Below, in pieces: positions 14,619 to 14,619 of a DNA stretch of 14,619 bases. Origin of the DNA: Fibrobacterota bacterium (GTDB lineage: Bacteria; Fibrobacterota; Fibrobacteria; UBA11236); the NCBI GenBank assembly GCA_043753995.1, contig JAYUVP010000258.1, forward strand, positions 1-14,619, in the 5' to 3' direction. The stretch's first letter is position 1. Each line of letters starts with the position of its first letter. The notes under the pieces were generated by a model. That model was not told where the DNA came from. It searched no databases and saw nothing but the letters and a program-made list of their open reading frames with translations. The translations under genes were made by a program, and so were the position numbers.

Positions 14619-14619
14619 C

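Overview
This is a gene-dense bacterial chromosomal segment, mostly core metabolism and envelope genes. It probably comes from an FCB-group organism outside Bacteroidota, such as Fibrobacterota. That is an inference from a T9SS-like C-terminal domain, a PorV/PorQ-like barrel, a long-form PPi-PFK and GGAG(G) Shine-Dalgarno use. Gene order: PfkB-family hexose kinase (-, truncated by the window edge); membrane-anchored 2xGAF-GGDEF diguanylate cyclase (-); degenerate GT9-like protein (+); mannose-1-phosphate guanylyltransferase (-); PHP phosphoesterase (+); multi-TM hypothetical (-); M23 peptidase (+); PorV/PorQ-like outer-membrane barrel (+); tRNA-Lys(CTT) (-); xerD (+); secreted PQQ/GSDH-family beta-propeller with a T9SS-like tail (+); tRNA-Pro(GGG) (-); PPi-dependent phosphofructokinase (+); nrdR (+). 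I see no CRISPR array, IS element, prophage or defence system, and I cannot support a claim of a complete novel multi-gene system. The best leads are: (i) a perfect inverted repeat built from two DnaA-box-like 9-mers, plus a third box inside the nrdR promoter; (ii) a GSDH-like protein with altered active-site motifs and two vicinal Cys-Cys pairs; (iii) a GT9-fold protein that appears to lack its catalytic motifs and sits head-to-head with the diguanylate cyclase; (iv) an SD-sequestering double-palindrome hairpin between the M23 gene and a CxxC-containing PorV-like barrel. All family assignments come from motif recognition by eye; no searches were run.
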